Source: Sminthopsis crassicaudata (taxonomy: Eukaryota). From it: a stretch of DNA of 64,000 bases. The stretch spans positions 295,631,765 to 295,695,764 of the forward strand of contig NC_133620.1 in NCBI RefSeq assembly GCF_048593235.1. Direction: 5' to 3'. Positions 23,063 through 35,806 of the stretch are shown one piece after another (the stretch's first letter is position 1; each line of letters opens with the position of its first letter). The translations under genes and the position numbers were made by a program. Below the pieces are notes generated by a model that had not been told where the DNA came from, searched no databases, and worked only from the letters and a program-made list of their open reading frames with translations.

Positions 23063-23849
23063 AAAAATCAGAGCAAAAGGGAAAAACTTGGGATAGATTA
23101 AAAAAACAAAACAAACAAACAGAAAAAAGCATGTGTTGATTTATATTCAGTCTCCTTAGTTCTTTTCCTGGACACAGATAGTATTTTCTGTCCAAAGGCT
23201 ATTGGGGTTGCTTTGGATCACTGAACTAGCAAGAACCAAGTCTTTCATAGCCGATCATGGCACATTCTTGCTGTATTCCTGGTTCTGCTTGTTTCATTCA
23301 GCACCAATTCATGTAACTCTTTCCAGACTTTTCTATAATCAGCTTATCATTTTTAATAGAACAATAATATTTCATTACCTTCATGTACCACAACTTGTTC
23401 AGCCATTTCCTAATTGATGGGCATCCACTACTTTGCCAATTCTTTGCTACCACAAAAAGAGCTGCTACAAACATTTTTGCATATAGGTCCCTTTCTCTCC
23501 TTTATTATTTCCTTGGGATACAGACCCAATATAGTATATAGTTTTGATGCACACATATAGCACTGATATATTGTTCTATAAGAAAAGATGAGCTCAATAG
23601 TCTTAAAAAGACATGGGAAAAGTTACACAAAATAGTGAAGATAAAAGTGAGCAGAACCAAGAGAACATTGTATACAGTAACATCAATATTGTTTAGTAAT
23701 GACTTTAAGGTTTTTTGACTTATAAATATACAAATTAAAAAATAGGACATATGAAGAAGCTCTTTGTATCTAAAGAAAGAACTGATAGATGTATAGAGCA
23801 ATGTTATATGTTTATATATATTATATATATATACATACAATCCCATACA

Positions 23850-24830
23850 ATCTTAAGAACTCCTTGAAAACTAGAATTGAGTAATAGGAATTAACTAAAT
23901 GACACAAGATGCCAAGAAATAATAAAACGAGAAAAAAGAGGAAACGGCTCATTGGAAAAACAACTAGAGAGCTGATCAAGGAGATTATAAAAACTGTTAC
24001 ACTACCTGGACACAATATTACAAGAAACTATTAAGGAATATTTTCCTGAAGTTCTAGAATAACTGGGTAAAGTAAAAATAGAAAAACTCTTGTTCACCAC
24101 TTGAAAGAGATCCAGAAGAAAACTTACAAGAATATCATAACTAACACTCCCAAGTTAAGGAAAAAATAGTGCAGGGAAAAAGAAAAACAACAAACAATAA
24201 TTTAAATACTGTGGAAATACTGTCAGGATTTCACAAGATTTAGCAACCTTTACTCTAAAACTGTAACTCTTGGACCATATTTCTAAAAGCAAAAGAGCTG
24301 GGGTAATGACCAAAAACAACTTACCCAAAGCAAAGTTAAATATAATGGGGGAAGACATTAATAAACTAATTTTCATGTATTTGTAACAAAAAAGGACCAA
24401 AATTCAATAGAACATTCAAAAGATCCAGAAGAAATATAAGGAAAACATTAAAGACTGATTATAAGGCTTATTAAGGTTAGACTATTTACTTATTAAATAT
24501 ATTTAAAATGTTATAAGTATTTTCAAAACTTTCATCATTACTAAGGTAGTTTGAAAGAATGACTGGATCTGAATTATATATGATGGGGTGATTCTAAAAA
24601 GCAAAATTGTATAGGAAAAGATAAAAGGGGACAATTATATTCTAAAAATATAATGTGAAAGGATATAGAGATTGGGAGGGTAGAGAAAGGTCTGTTAGAA
24701 AGGTGGGTAGATGGGAAGTGAAAAGATGGTAACAGGACAGGATAAAAAGATAGGCTGAAAAGGAGAATAGTGAGTAAAAATAAAATGGAAGAAAAATCAC
24801 AAATAGTCATTATAACTTTGAATGTGAATA
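23850..24830 (+). mobile_element. Degraded L1 ORF1 / ORF2-start fragment
   Basis: A-rich, with L1 ORF1-like ggactacctg..caagaaactattaaggaa..ttctagaa and ORF2 start-like ataactttgaatgtgaat. First 150 bp duplicated at 22812-22963. Confidence 0.6.
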
Positions 24831-24856
24831 GGATGTTTTTAACAGCTCTTCTTTGT

Positions 24857-24920
24857 GACACTTAACACTTCCTAGCTGTGTGACCCTGGGCAAATCACTT
24901 AAACCCAATTGCCTCAGCAA

Positions 24921-24952
<32 letters not shown>
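24857..24952 (+). mobile_element. 3' half of WSINE1 (head missing)
   Basis: gacacttaacacttcctagctgtgtgaccctgggc...aattgcctcagc plus A tail, followed by ggaaatta. Confidence 0.85.
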
Positions 24953-24954
<2 letters not shown>

Positions 24955-25603
24955 AAATTACAAGGATTCCTATTTTAGTTTATTTTTAATACACATTGTT
25001 TTATGAATTATGTTGGGAGAGAAAAATCAGAGCAAAAGGGAAAAACTTGGGATAGATTAAAAAAACAAAACAAACAAACAAACAGAAAAAAGCATGTGTT
25101 GATTTATATTCAGTCTCCTTAGTTCTTTTCCTGGACACAGATAGTATTTTCTGTACATATACATATATATATGTATATGTATATACATATATATATATAT
25201 TTCCTTATTTCTGATAGCTATCTGAAGGGCAGATTGAGGGGAAGGAAGAAATAGAAAGGGAAAAAAGAAATTTACATGATAATTGTATTGTATGTTATAT
25301 ATTTATTGTATATTGTAAAATAATTTAACAGAATAGCAAGTTGTACATAATAGATTTGAAGTTTCATATGCAATCATCTTTTTTACTATACTGTATTATG
25401 GAGATGTTTGTTTTATTTCCTATATTAAAATAAAATTAATTTTTAAAAAGAACACCTGCCAAATATTTTCCTAAACTATACCTCCACATCATGTTTTCAG
25501 ATCTTCCTCCAAACCCCAAAATCCCAGAATACTCCCAAGATTTCAACAGATTGCTGTCTCTGTGTCTACCCCATCCAATCTCCTCTTACTGTCTATACTT
25601 TTT

Positions 25604-25841
25604 ATTCCTGGATTCCAGGAATGGAGCTCTATTTTTTTAGACTTTGTGCATCTTCACTTGTATAGTGTCATTAAGTCAAGCTGGGAGACAGACCTGCTCA
25701 TAGATTGAGGTGGGAAGTCAGTGAAACTGAGACACTGTGTTTGGTTCTGAGTAACTTGAGGTTTTTCTTTTTGTTTTCTCCTTCCAACTGAACTGGTATG
25801 CCTGGGTACCCCATGCTCCATGCACATGCTTTCATCAAGCA
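25604..25841 (+). pseudogene. Lipoxygenase exon 12 and exon 13 relics
   Basis: TTG TGC ATC TTC ACT TGT (LCIFTC, 25644-25661; intact gene MCIFTC) and CTG AAC TGG TAT GCC TGG GTA CCC CAT GCT CCA TGC ACA TGC TTT CAT CAA GCA (LNWYAWVPHAPCT-C-FHQA, 25788-25841; intact [13 protein letters not shown]...VHQA). Correct order and intron-like spacing; acceptor decayed to CAA. Confidence 0.8.
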
Positions 25842-26039
25842 CAAAGAAAATGGTGACAACTATTCACCAGGAATCCCATTAGATACTGAGCCAAGTTCAG
25901 CCATAGTGAGGGGATGGGCAAAATGGGCAGTTAAAACTGAGGGCCAAACCTTGGATGAAGAGTGGAAGACAAATGTCTTTCCCTATTCCGTTCAATCCTC
26001 TAAGCAACTAAAGTGATGTTCCTTAAGCTCACATTCAAC

Positions 26040-26540
26040 TGTCACTACCTACCCTCACTCTATAAATGCCAGGGGTTCTTTATTATCTCCAGGCTCAAAA
26101 GTAAAATCTTGTTTGGCAAAGAAAACCTTAAATTAGGTCTCCTCCCTCCCATATTTCCAGTCTTCTTACACCATGCTCTCCACGACATACTTTTGGATCC
26201 AGTGACATCCTTGCTATTCCATGGACAAGATACTGTTCTCTATCTCTAAGCTCCAGGCTTTTCTCTGGCAGTCCCTCAGGCCTAAAATGCTCTCCTTTCT
26301 CATCTTCTGGATTCCTTTATGTCCCCACCAAAAAGCTATCTTCTACAGGAAGCCCTTCCCAACCACTCTTTAATCTTAGTACTTTCAGTCTGCTAATTAT
26401 ATCCTATTTATCCTACATAGGCTTGGCATGTACATATCGGTTTGCTTTTTGTTTTCCCATTAGATTATGAGCTCTTGGACTTGACTCTTGCCTTTTTGTA
26501 TGTCCTAGTGTTTAGCATAGTATCTGATACTTAACGTTTA
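26040..26540 (+). mobile_element. L2 LINE 3' fragment
   Basis: cccattagattatgagctc...ttgtatgtcctagtgtttagcatagtatctg resembles the L2 3' end. Confidence 0.55.
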
Positions 26541-26918
26541 CAGAAAAAAGATAGATTTGGGATGAAATCTGGGCTCAATTCTGACAGTACTTTTGTGACC
26601 TTGGACAAGCTCCTTCTCTGAGTCTAAAGTTTCTCCTAAGAAATGGGGAGGAACTGGCTAGACCTGAGTGGTGGAGAGGCAGGGAGCTAGACCAGAAAGA
26701 AGCTTAAAGTTCCTTCCAGTTCTAAATCTAAGATCCCATTAAGGGATATTAGGGAACTTTACTAGTCTTTTGGGAGTGATATGCTTGTTTTATTGTTAGG
26801 TTTCTCTGGAATAGCACAAAGAAGAGTATTTTTCAGGATCTGGGAAGCTAAGTCATGCTGAGCTGTTTGAGGGAAGATCTGGGCTCCCTGAAAAAGAGAT
26901 CATAGAAAAGAATGTTCA

Positions 26919-27145
26919 ACTGTTTCAAAGTCCAATTCTTTTTGTACAGCAAAATAACTGTTTGGACATGTATACATATATTGTATTTAACTTATACTTT
27001 AGGATATTTAACATGTATTGGTCAACCTGCCATCCGGGGGAGGGGGCGGGGAGGAAGGAGGGGAAAAGTTGAAACAAAAGATTTTGCAATTGTCAATGCT
27101 GGAAAATGGCCTATGCATAAAATTTTTGTAAAAAGAAAAAAAAAA
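26919..27145 (+). mobile_element. Short L1 3' end with polyA
   Basis: L1 3'UTR-type sequence; 15-bp TSD agaaaagaatgttca at 26904-26918 and 27146-27160. Confidence 0.85.
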
Positions 27146-28075
27146 AGAAAAGAATGTTCAGTAAAACCTGGCCTATGAATTCCTGCAGCCAAGCCCAGTG
27201 GAGAACAGTGTCACCATCTGAGCCTGCCCTGCCCCTTTCAAACACGCTTTTCTGAGTTTACTAAAATTCCCCTTAAACTTTAAGTTCCACACCTCAAGTC
27301 CCTTACCTATTCTCAGTATTCTCAGAACCCTCTCTTTAAAAAAAAAACCCAACAACTTCTATGTTGGAAGCAAGGGACAGATAAATAATGCTTTTGCTGC
27401 ACTGAAATAAACATGATTTGGGCCAGGAGTAAGAATACTGACACTAGCTGTGTGATTTTAGACAAGTCATTTAAGCTCTCTGGATTTCAGTTATCTCTTC
27501 TGTAAAACAAGGATTCTACTACTTATGGGAGGAATGTGAGGAAAATACCTGGGAAAAATTTAAAACTCTAGAAATGAGTCATGTCATAAAACATGGATTG
27601 TATAAGCTGGAAGAGAACACAGAAATCATGTCCTACTCTGAAAACCATCTTTAAAACCAAATATAACAAAAATTTAAGAGAAGTCACTTTGTCAGACTTA
27701 AGCTATTTAGAATTCAGGAAGGGACAGTGGGGGGAGCCCCTAACCAAAAAAAGGCAAGTTTCCTGTTTCTGATAACCAAGCCCTTTTATTTCCTATACTA
27801 GGAGTCCTAATCACCTTAAAAAGAAACCCCAGACATTCCCCCTTCCCTGCCCATTTTCCAGGGCAGGTCCAGGCCCATCCCCTGGGTGGGGAAAGTGGAA
27901 GCTCCAAGATTTTGAGAAGGGTGGGGACAGCTGTAGGTACATAGGTGGGTATGGGAAGGGCTTCTTCACTAAAAGGCTTGAGTCTTCGCCTTGGAGAATC
28001 ACTGGACAGCAGTAAACAGGGCTTGGAGCAACTTTCCCGTTACTCTTCTCACAGCAGCCAGAGTCTCCAAGACAG

Positions 28076-31000
28076 ATGGGTCGCTACCGAGTCCGAGTGG
28101 CCACTGGAAACTTTGCGTTCTCAGGGTCCACCAACCAGGTGCAGCTGTGGTTGGTAGGGCTCCATGCAGAGGTGGAATTGGGGCTTCGGCTACGGCCAGC
28201 TCGAGGACAGGTCAGTGAAGGGGATAAAGATGTGAAGAGAACTGGGAACTGAGTTATTTAAGTATCATGCATTAGGACAACTGAGAGAGGATCGGGAAAA
28301 AGTTCTGGGTCAGGGATTTCTAGCTTACTGCCATGCTGATCCTAGTTTGAAGGATAGGAAAATAACAAAGTTGGAGCATAAGGGACAATGGATTTGAACG
28401 GGAAGAAACCTTCAAAGGGTATAATCACAAACTATATATGGCATTCTGGGATCCCCAGGAAGGGTCATTTACCTTGGAGCCAAAAAGCAGAGGAGTCTGC
28501 TCTGCCAAAAAGCAGAGGAGGACAGGAAAGGGACCTATAGAAACAATGCTAGACTTGGAGCTAGTGGATCTGGATTAAAGTGCCCCACTCTGCCACTGAA
28601 GCTCTAGTTTGTTCCTAAGTGGCCAAATCACTTCACCTTTCTGGAAATCAGTAGGGTGATTGACACAGTATCAGACAGGCTTGTTATAGACAAAGTTCTT
28701 TGAAAAGCACTATGGAAATATGACATATTCCTATTGTCCCTTTTCCCCTGGTTCTCTTAGAATTTTAAAAACTGGTAAACAAAAACCTATTTTTTTCTCT
28801 CTCCAATCCTGCTTCTCTATGAAAAAGAAAAAAAAAAAAAAAAAGCTTCATCAAGCAAACCACTTCCTAAATTAGTCATATTCAAAACACAGATCTTAAT
28901 TTGCAATGAAGTACCCAGGCGAGAGAAAACACAGGGCAGCCAAAATAATGAAAATTTAAGAATGTTTATTGTTAGCCAGTGACTGAACCCCACCAGAATA
29001 GGGGAGTCAGCAAATGAGTGGTCTCAGGGCCACATATTTATAGATAGAAGAGACAGCAAAATGTTTCTTAATACATTTGTCATAATAAAAGAAATTTCTA
29101 TTCTAGACAGAAGGCAACGATGATCACATTAAGGGTGCCATTCCCAGACAGCAATAAAACAGTATTTCTTTATGTTTATCAAGTTGTCAAGGTCTTAGGT
29201 TTTTTAGGGCAGCACATCTAGGGGTGTAAAAATACCATCTACATTAGGGCATGAAGAGCTAATAACAAACTTCTAACTAAAGAGTTTCAAGATTATTTTT
29301 CTCACGGTACCATCTGGGGTACTTTTTCACTTTAGCATTCTGAATCCAACAAATCATTGAGTCCTCTGAAATGATGGGTTGTTAATCAATTTTTAGGTCT
29401 TTTAAAATTTTCTATTTACAATGTTATTCTGTATACTGTTCTGATTCTGCTCAAGTCTATACAAGTCTTTCCCAAGTTTCTCTGAGTCTCCATCATTTTT
29501 TACTGCATAGTATATTCCATTATATTCATCCCCAGGTAAATGAATGTCAGACTCTTTGATATAATCTCACTACTTGCCCCTTGACTACTTTGAAAAGCTG
29601 TTCTCTGGGATCTATCACTTATAATCTAGAATTTATTATTTATAAGATGTGTATGACGTGTACAATTCATAGAAGATTATTTCTAGAAAGAATCCTAGAA
29701 GGTATCTAGTCTAACTTTCACATTCTTTCTACCTCTTAAAATCTTACTCATCCATCATGGCTCAGCCTCCAGTACCATATCCTCCATAGGTTTTCCAATT
29801 CTTGCCTCCTCCACTGAATTTGTTTTTTCTCCAGACTAACCACTTTTCCTAAACTTATGTCACTTAAACATTTATTTAATTGCACTGACCCCAACTATTC
29901 AAGTATAATCCTATAGCATCCATAATGGTAACCAACACGTACATAGAACATGAAAGAACGAACCTTAGAAATGTAATTCAATTTATCAAATATTAAATAC
30001 CTACTATGAATTTACATTGTGATCATTTAATCCAACTCCTTCACTTTATAAATGAGGACACTGAGGCCCCAAATCACATGTATTATAAGGGAATAGGCTT
30101 GTTTATCTTCAGCAACAACAGTGTAAATGAACAGTAAGTTCATTCCTCACATTTTAATCTCACAGTGACCCCCAGAGAGGAGAACAAGTCTTTGGGTTGC
30201 ATAGTAGACAGTTACCTGTGAAACTTTTTTTCAACATAGAGGCAAAGTGTCTTCAGATATAGGTTCAAATTTTACTACATTTATGACATTAGGCATTCAG
30301 GGTCCTCGTGTGTAAAATCTATAAAAATACAAGATGTTGTGAGCTATGATTTCAGTTCTCTACCTTCTGATTGACCTACTTTTCCTTCTACCTATGCTGT
30401 AGATGGAAGATTTTGAAGTTGATGTCTCAGAAGACCTGGGTCCCCTCCAATTTGTGAAGCTTCGTAAAATTCACCTTCTGATAAAGGATGCATGGTTCTG
30501 CAACCATATAACTGTTTGGGTCTTTGAACAGAGTGTGGAAGAGAAGGAAATAGTATTCCCCTGTTACCGCTGGGTAGAAGGGGATAGTATCATCTGCCTT
30601 CCTGAGACCACTGGTGAGAAAGATGGAGTCTGAAGCAAGGAGAGGGCAATGGACTTAGTCCTGGAAGAGAATTTAAGGATCAGCCAAATTACTGACCTTG
30701 TTTTAATGGAAAGTAACTGAAGCACCTTAAAAGATTATGACTTGGCAAAGGTGGGGTGCGGTTGGAATTAAAGTTAAAAAATAGGAGGGAATTGTTAAGG
30801 AAAGGACAAGAAGGAAGGAAGAACCACAAGAAAGGGAAGGTATAAGGAAGGCAGTGTACAACAAGGGAGCAGGAGGTCAGAAGTAGAAGGAGCTGGAAGA
30901 AAATATGACAATTCTATAACATAAAGCAGTACCTTTAGCTGGGTGAGGCTGGGATATGAGGAAGAGAATGTACAGTGTATGATTTTAGGAAGTTAATAAC

Positions 31001-34000
31001 AGAAAAAGGCGACAATAAAGGCCTCAGAATAGAAAATGCAAAGAATGTGATTTTGGTAAACAGGAGGTGTGAGAGTAAAAGTTGGGCAGGGCCAGAAAAC
31101 AATGTTCAGAACTAAGAAAGGGGTAAGATGGGATAGGAAGCTTGAGATGAGGTCTCAGAATAATAGGAAATCTGCTCTGAAACTGGGTAGCAGATAAGAA
31201 AAGGGATAAGAAATAAGCTTGATATGAAAGCAGAGAGTAAAAGAAAATGGGGATGAGATTCAGGAAATTAGTGAACTGGGGGTTAGGGAGGAGAGAGCAG
31301 CTTGGAAGCACATACATGGAGATGGATCAGGTAAGTGAGATCTTGTTTCCATGCTTCCCCAGCTTGGATGATAAGAAATGAATCCCAAGGCCTGTTTCAA
31401 AAACATCAAGAAGAAGAGCTGAAGGCGAGAAGGACACTCTATGGGTGATGTCCCTGACCCTTGATCTCTCAGTAATTTAAGCTCAGATTCCTGGGCTCCA
31501 CCTTATTTACACTGTGACTTTTGATCCTTTGGTGGCCTCCAATTTCCACTAACCCTTTTTTCTTTTAATCCTTTTGATTTCAGCTGGACCAGTTGGAAGA
31601 AAGGGATACCATTGTCAGTGGCTGCAGCATCAGAGAAAGACCTGCCTCTGGATGCGAGATTCCATGAGGAGAAGAAGGTTGACTTCGAAAGGACACGGGT
31701 TGTGGGGTAGGAATGAGACAAGAGGCAAAACTGGGCTTTGGTGTGGAAGTTTCCAGACAAAATGGTAGATATAGGGTTTGGGGAGGGCACTTAAGCATCT
31801 AATTTTTAAGCATCTAATTCCCAACCTAACCCAATTCCTTTACTCCTTATCCTAGGGTGACAGAAATTGCCCTTAAACGTCTGTACACCTTCCTGGGCTC
31901 CTGGAATAGCTTGGAAGATTATGACCAAATCTTCTGGGGTGGCAAGAGTGCCCTGGCCAGTAAGTAACCGCCCTATAATCTTCCAATTCAAGCTCATCTT
32001 CTCCAATGACCCATCCATGATATTCTGTTCTCCCTTTCCCCATATCAACAACACTCAACTTCTCCTAAATACTTTATCACTGTTGTCTTTCCACTGACTA
32101 TTTTACCCAGAAATGGCCATAAAGGTAACACACTTTAGGTATCTCTTTTGAGAATTTCCTGAAGGTCAGGGGCATCTGAAAGTTGGGGGCCCAAATGTTT
32201 GGGACCCTGAGGAGAGGCCCTTTTTAGTGCTATGATTTCTGCCTTCTGTTCCCAGAGAGGGTGCGCCTATCCTGGAAGGATGATGATTTTTTTGGCTACC
32301 AGTTCCTCAATGGTGTCAATCCCACACTGCTGAGAAAATCCTCTTCACTCCCTACTCGACTGTTGATTCCCCCAGGGACAGAGGATCTTAAGGCCCAGCT
32401 GGAAAGAAAGCTCCAGGTAATACTCTTCTCTTTACTCCCAATTCTTTTTTCTTCCTTGTAATCTCTCTGATGATACAGAATTTAAAAAGCTTCAAGGAAT
32501 CAAATTAGGTGAATTTCTAACTACATTGCTCAAAGTTTAGGGAAAGGAATAGGGTGAAATGCCATAAGGATAACTTGTTTTTAAAACTGAAGAACCCTAA
32601 TTAAATTCTGGAAAAATAATAAGCATTCACAGAAGTACAACTGGAAGAGTTAACAGTAACTAAATACCTTTCCTTCATGGAAAATTTATTTTGTGGCAAT
32701 CTTGAAAACATGTAAAATAAAAGGAAGAGGAGTATAAAAATAAAATGAACCTAGTATTCTTTTTCTGGAGAATCTGGAATACAGGAGAAACAACACAGAA
32801 AAAGAAACAAATGGAGACAGGAGCAGATTAACAAATGAAGACTCTTCATATAGATCTTAGTACTGGACCTCATTACATAGAAAAAGGGAGAGAGAAGGAA
32901 GTCATGAGATTAAATGACTTCAGGAAAATGTCTTGGAAAAGATGGCAGGGGAGGGCGTAGGAATTTAGAAGAGTTGAAAGGAAAATTGAGAGGAGGGAAA
33001 ATAAAAATTTTGGAAGAAAAAAAATGAGGTTTGAAAGCGGGAAAAGAAGGCAAATGATATGAGAGAAGACTATCTAAACAAAGGGCCCAAATGTAAATAG
33101 AAAGGACTCTGGAGTCAGAAGGCTTGGTTTCTAAGCCCTGCTTTGCTTTAGAAGATGTGTGGCCTTTGGATAAATCATTTTACATCTCTGGGCCTCAATT
33201 TTCTCCATTGTAAAATGAAAGGATGAATTAGATGACCTCCAAGGTACTTTCCAGGTTTCAAATTCTGTGTGCCTGAGCCCAGTTAAGAATCTGGACTCTT
33301 TTTAGTCCTTTTTGCTGATGTTCTGACTGTCCCTGATATTAAAATTGTTGTTCCACGTTAAGCTTGGAAACTTGACCTCAGACTCAGACTGATATATATC
33401 CTCCAGGAGGGTTGCCTCTATGAAGTTGACTTTTCACTGCTAGCTGGAATCCAGGCCAATGTGATCCAGGGAGAGAGGCAATATCTGGCTGCTCCCCTAC
33501 TTATGTTAAAGATGGAGCCTGATGGGAAGCTGCTCCCCATGGTCATCCAGGTGAGAGAACCTAGGCATCCCTCTACTCAGCTCCCTTATTCATCCTTCCA
33601 TCATCCCACTGACCCATTTCCTGAGACATAGACCTTTGACTCTGCTCTATTTAATCAACCCTTCTTCCTTTCAAAAACCCATGTAGTTCAATAAAAAGAG
33701 CAGTGACTGGAATAAAGGTCTTGGATTCACATACACTACCTGTCTGATGTTGGGCAAGTCAATTAACATCCACTGGGCCTCTGAAGTTCCTGCCAGTTTT
33801 TGATCTATAGTGGTATTATTTTGTCTTCCAGATCCAACTTCCCAGCTCTGATTCTCCAGTTCCACCACTCTTCCTGCCTTCAGATCCCTCCCTCACTTGG
33901 CTCTTGGCCAAGGCTTGGGTCAAAAATTCTGACTTCCAGCTGCATGAACTACAAGCACATCTGTTGAAGACTCATTTGATGGCTGAAGTGTTTGCTGTAG

Positions 34001-35772
34001 CCACCATGAGGTGCCTCCCAGGGATGCACCCCATCTTTAAGGTACCTAACTTTACCTTCTAGCTACCCTTCACATCCCACCCTTCTGGGATTAGATTGGG
34101 AAAGGACTGCAAAATAATATTCATGTAGGGTTTCTTTATACCAATTATATATTATGTGTTTCAACTGACAGCAAAGAATCCTGGGAGGCACCTTTAGTAC
34201 ACCTGAAAGAACAAGTCACTTCTTCTCTAGGTCTTTAATTTCCTCCTCTGTGAAATGAAATTGAACTAATGATATCTCAGGTTCTTTGTACTTCTTACAT
34301 TCTAAGGTTCTAGATTGTAATAATGCAGATACTTAGTGTGTGCTAAGCATTTATTGTGTGCTTGGCATTGATTAAATCTCTGAAGGATTAAGAATTATGT
34401 GGTCTCTGCCTTCAAGAGGTTCATGATATACATACAAAATTGTAATAAAGTAGGTGCTCAGTCTTTCTTTTTTTTTTTTTGCTGAGGCAATTGGGGTTAA
34501 ATGACTTGCCCAGGGTCACACAGCTGGGAAGTGTTAAGTGTCTGACACCAGTTTTGATCTCAGGTACTCCTGACTTCAGGGGTGGTGCTCTATCCATTGC
34601 ACCAACTAGCTGCCCCTCACTCTTTCTTTTTAACATCTATTGGCACACTTTCCCTCTCATATTCCTTTCCCTACTGATCCTTGCTCAATTCTACTCTTCA
34701 CTTTTTCTCTTCTTTCTCTCCCTCTCTTTCACTTGCTTTTCCCTTTTTCCCCCCACTTATAATAGAGACAGCAACAAACATGGCACAGGTGGGGGAAAAG
34801 TGTGTGGTTGAAGTTACCTGAATTGGAGAGTTTGTAGAGGAATGAGCAGTTCTTAAAGTATTTGGGGATTAAATTTGTGTAGATTTGAAGGTTATTAAGG
34901 ACTTTGGACTTTATCTTGGATGAAAATAGATATTTTAAGAATATTAATCAGCACAGAGTAGAATAGAGAGATAAAAAGTATAAAAAAAGTCCTGGAGAAG
35001 ATGCCAGAACCTTGGGGGATCCACCACTGACTGGGGCAAGGAAGAAGAGTAATTAATATAAGCTAAGATAAAGATTACAGATATAGATGGTAAGCATTTC
35101 CTCAATGATCCAAGAAAAAAAACTGCCCAAGAAAATAAAAATTTTGAGCTAATCAGAAGGGAGTATGCAAATGAATTGGAACCCTAAATTTCCTCTAAAA
35201 TATATATCAGGTAATTATCTTGCTCAAAAAATGTCCCCTACTTCCCATCATGTATTTTATAATTTGGCCCCACATATAAACCCCTTCCTCTAATCAGTTT
35301 GGTCTTCCCCAATTATGATATGCTCAGTCCCACTTTCATAACTTTAAAACAAACAATGCCCTCAGGTATCTTACTCTTTCCTCTTATCTGAGTTTCTTAT
35401 CCCTGCAAGAACTTTTAGAGGCCATCATTTTTATCATCTATTTCTTTATTTTTTATCTCTTTAAATTTTATATTATTTTATTTTTACTAGATTTTATCTG
35501 ATCTCATCCCATTTCCATACCAACTATGTAATCTGTCCATATTCTTTATAATGCTTCTAATGCTCCTCTATTGTAGCACCAACTTTGCCCAGAGTCCATT
35601 GTCTTGTGGAACATAAGCTTTCCCCTCTCTTATGGCTCCTATTCCAACAGCTCCTGATGCCTCACCTCCGTTATACACTGGAGATTAACACTCGTGCCAG
35701 GACCAAGCTCATCTCTAATGGGGGATTTTTTGATCAGGTATGAATGGATGAGAGTTCATCCTCTCATCAGGA

Positions 35773-35806
<34 letters not shown>

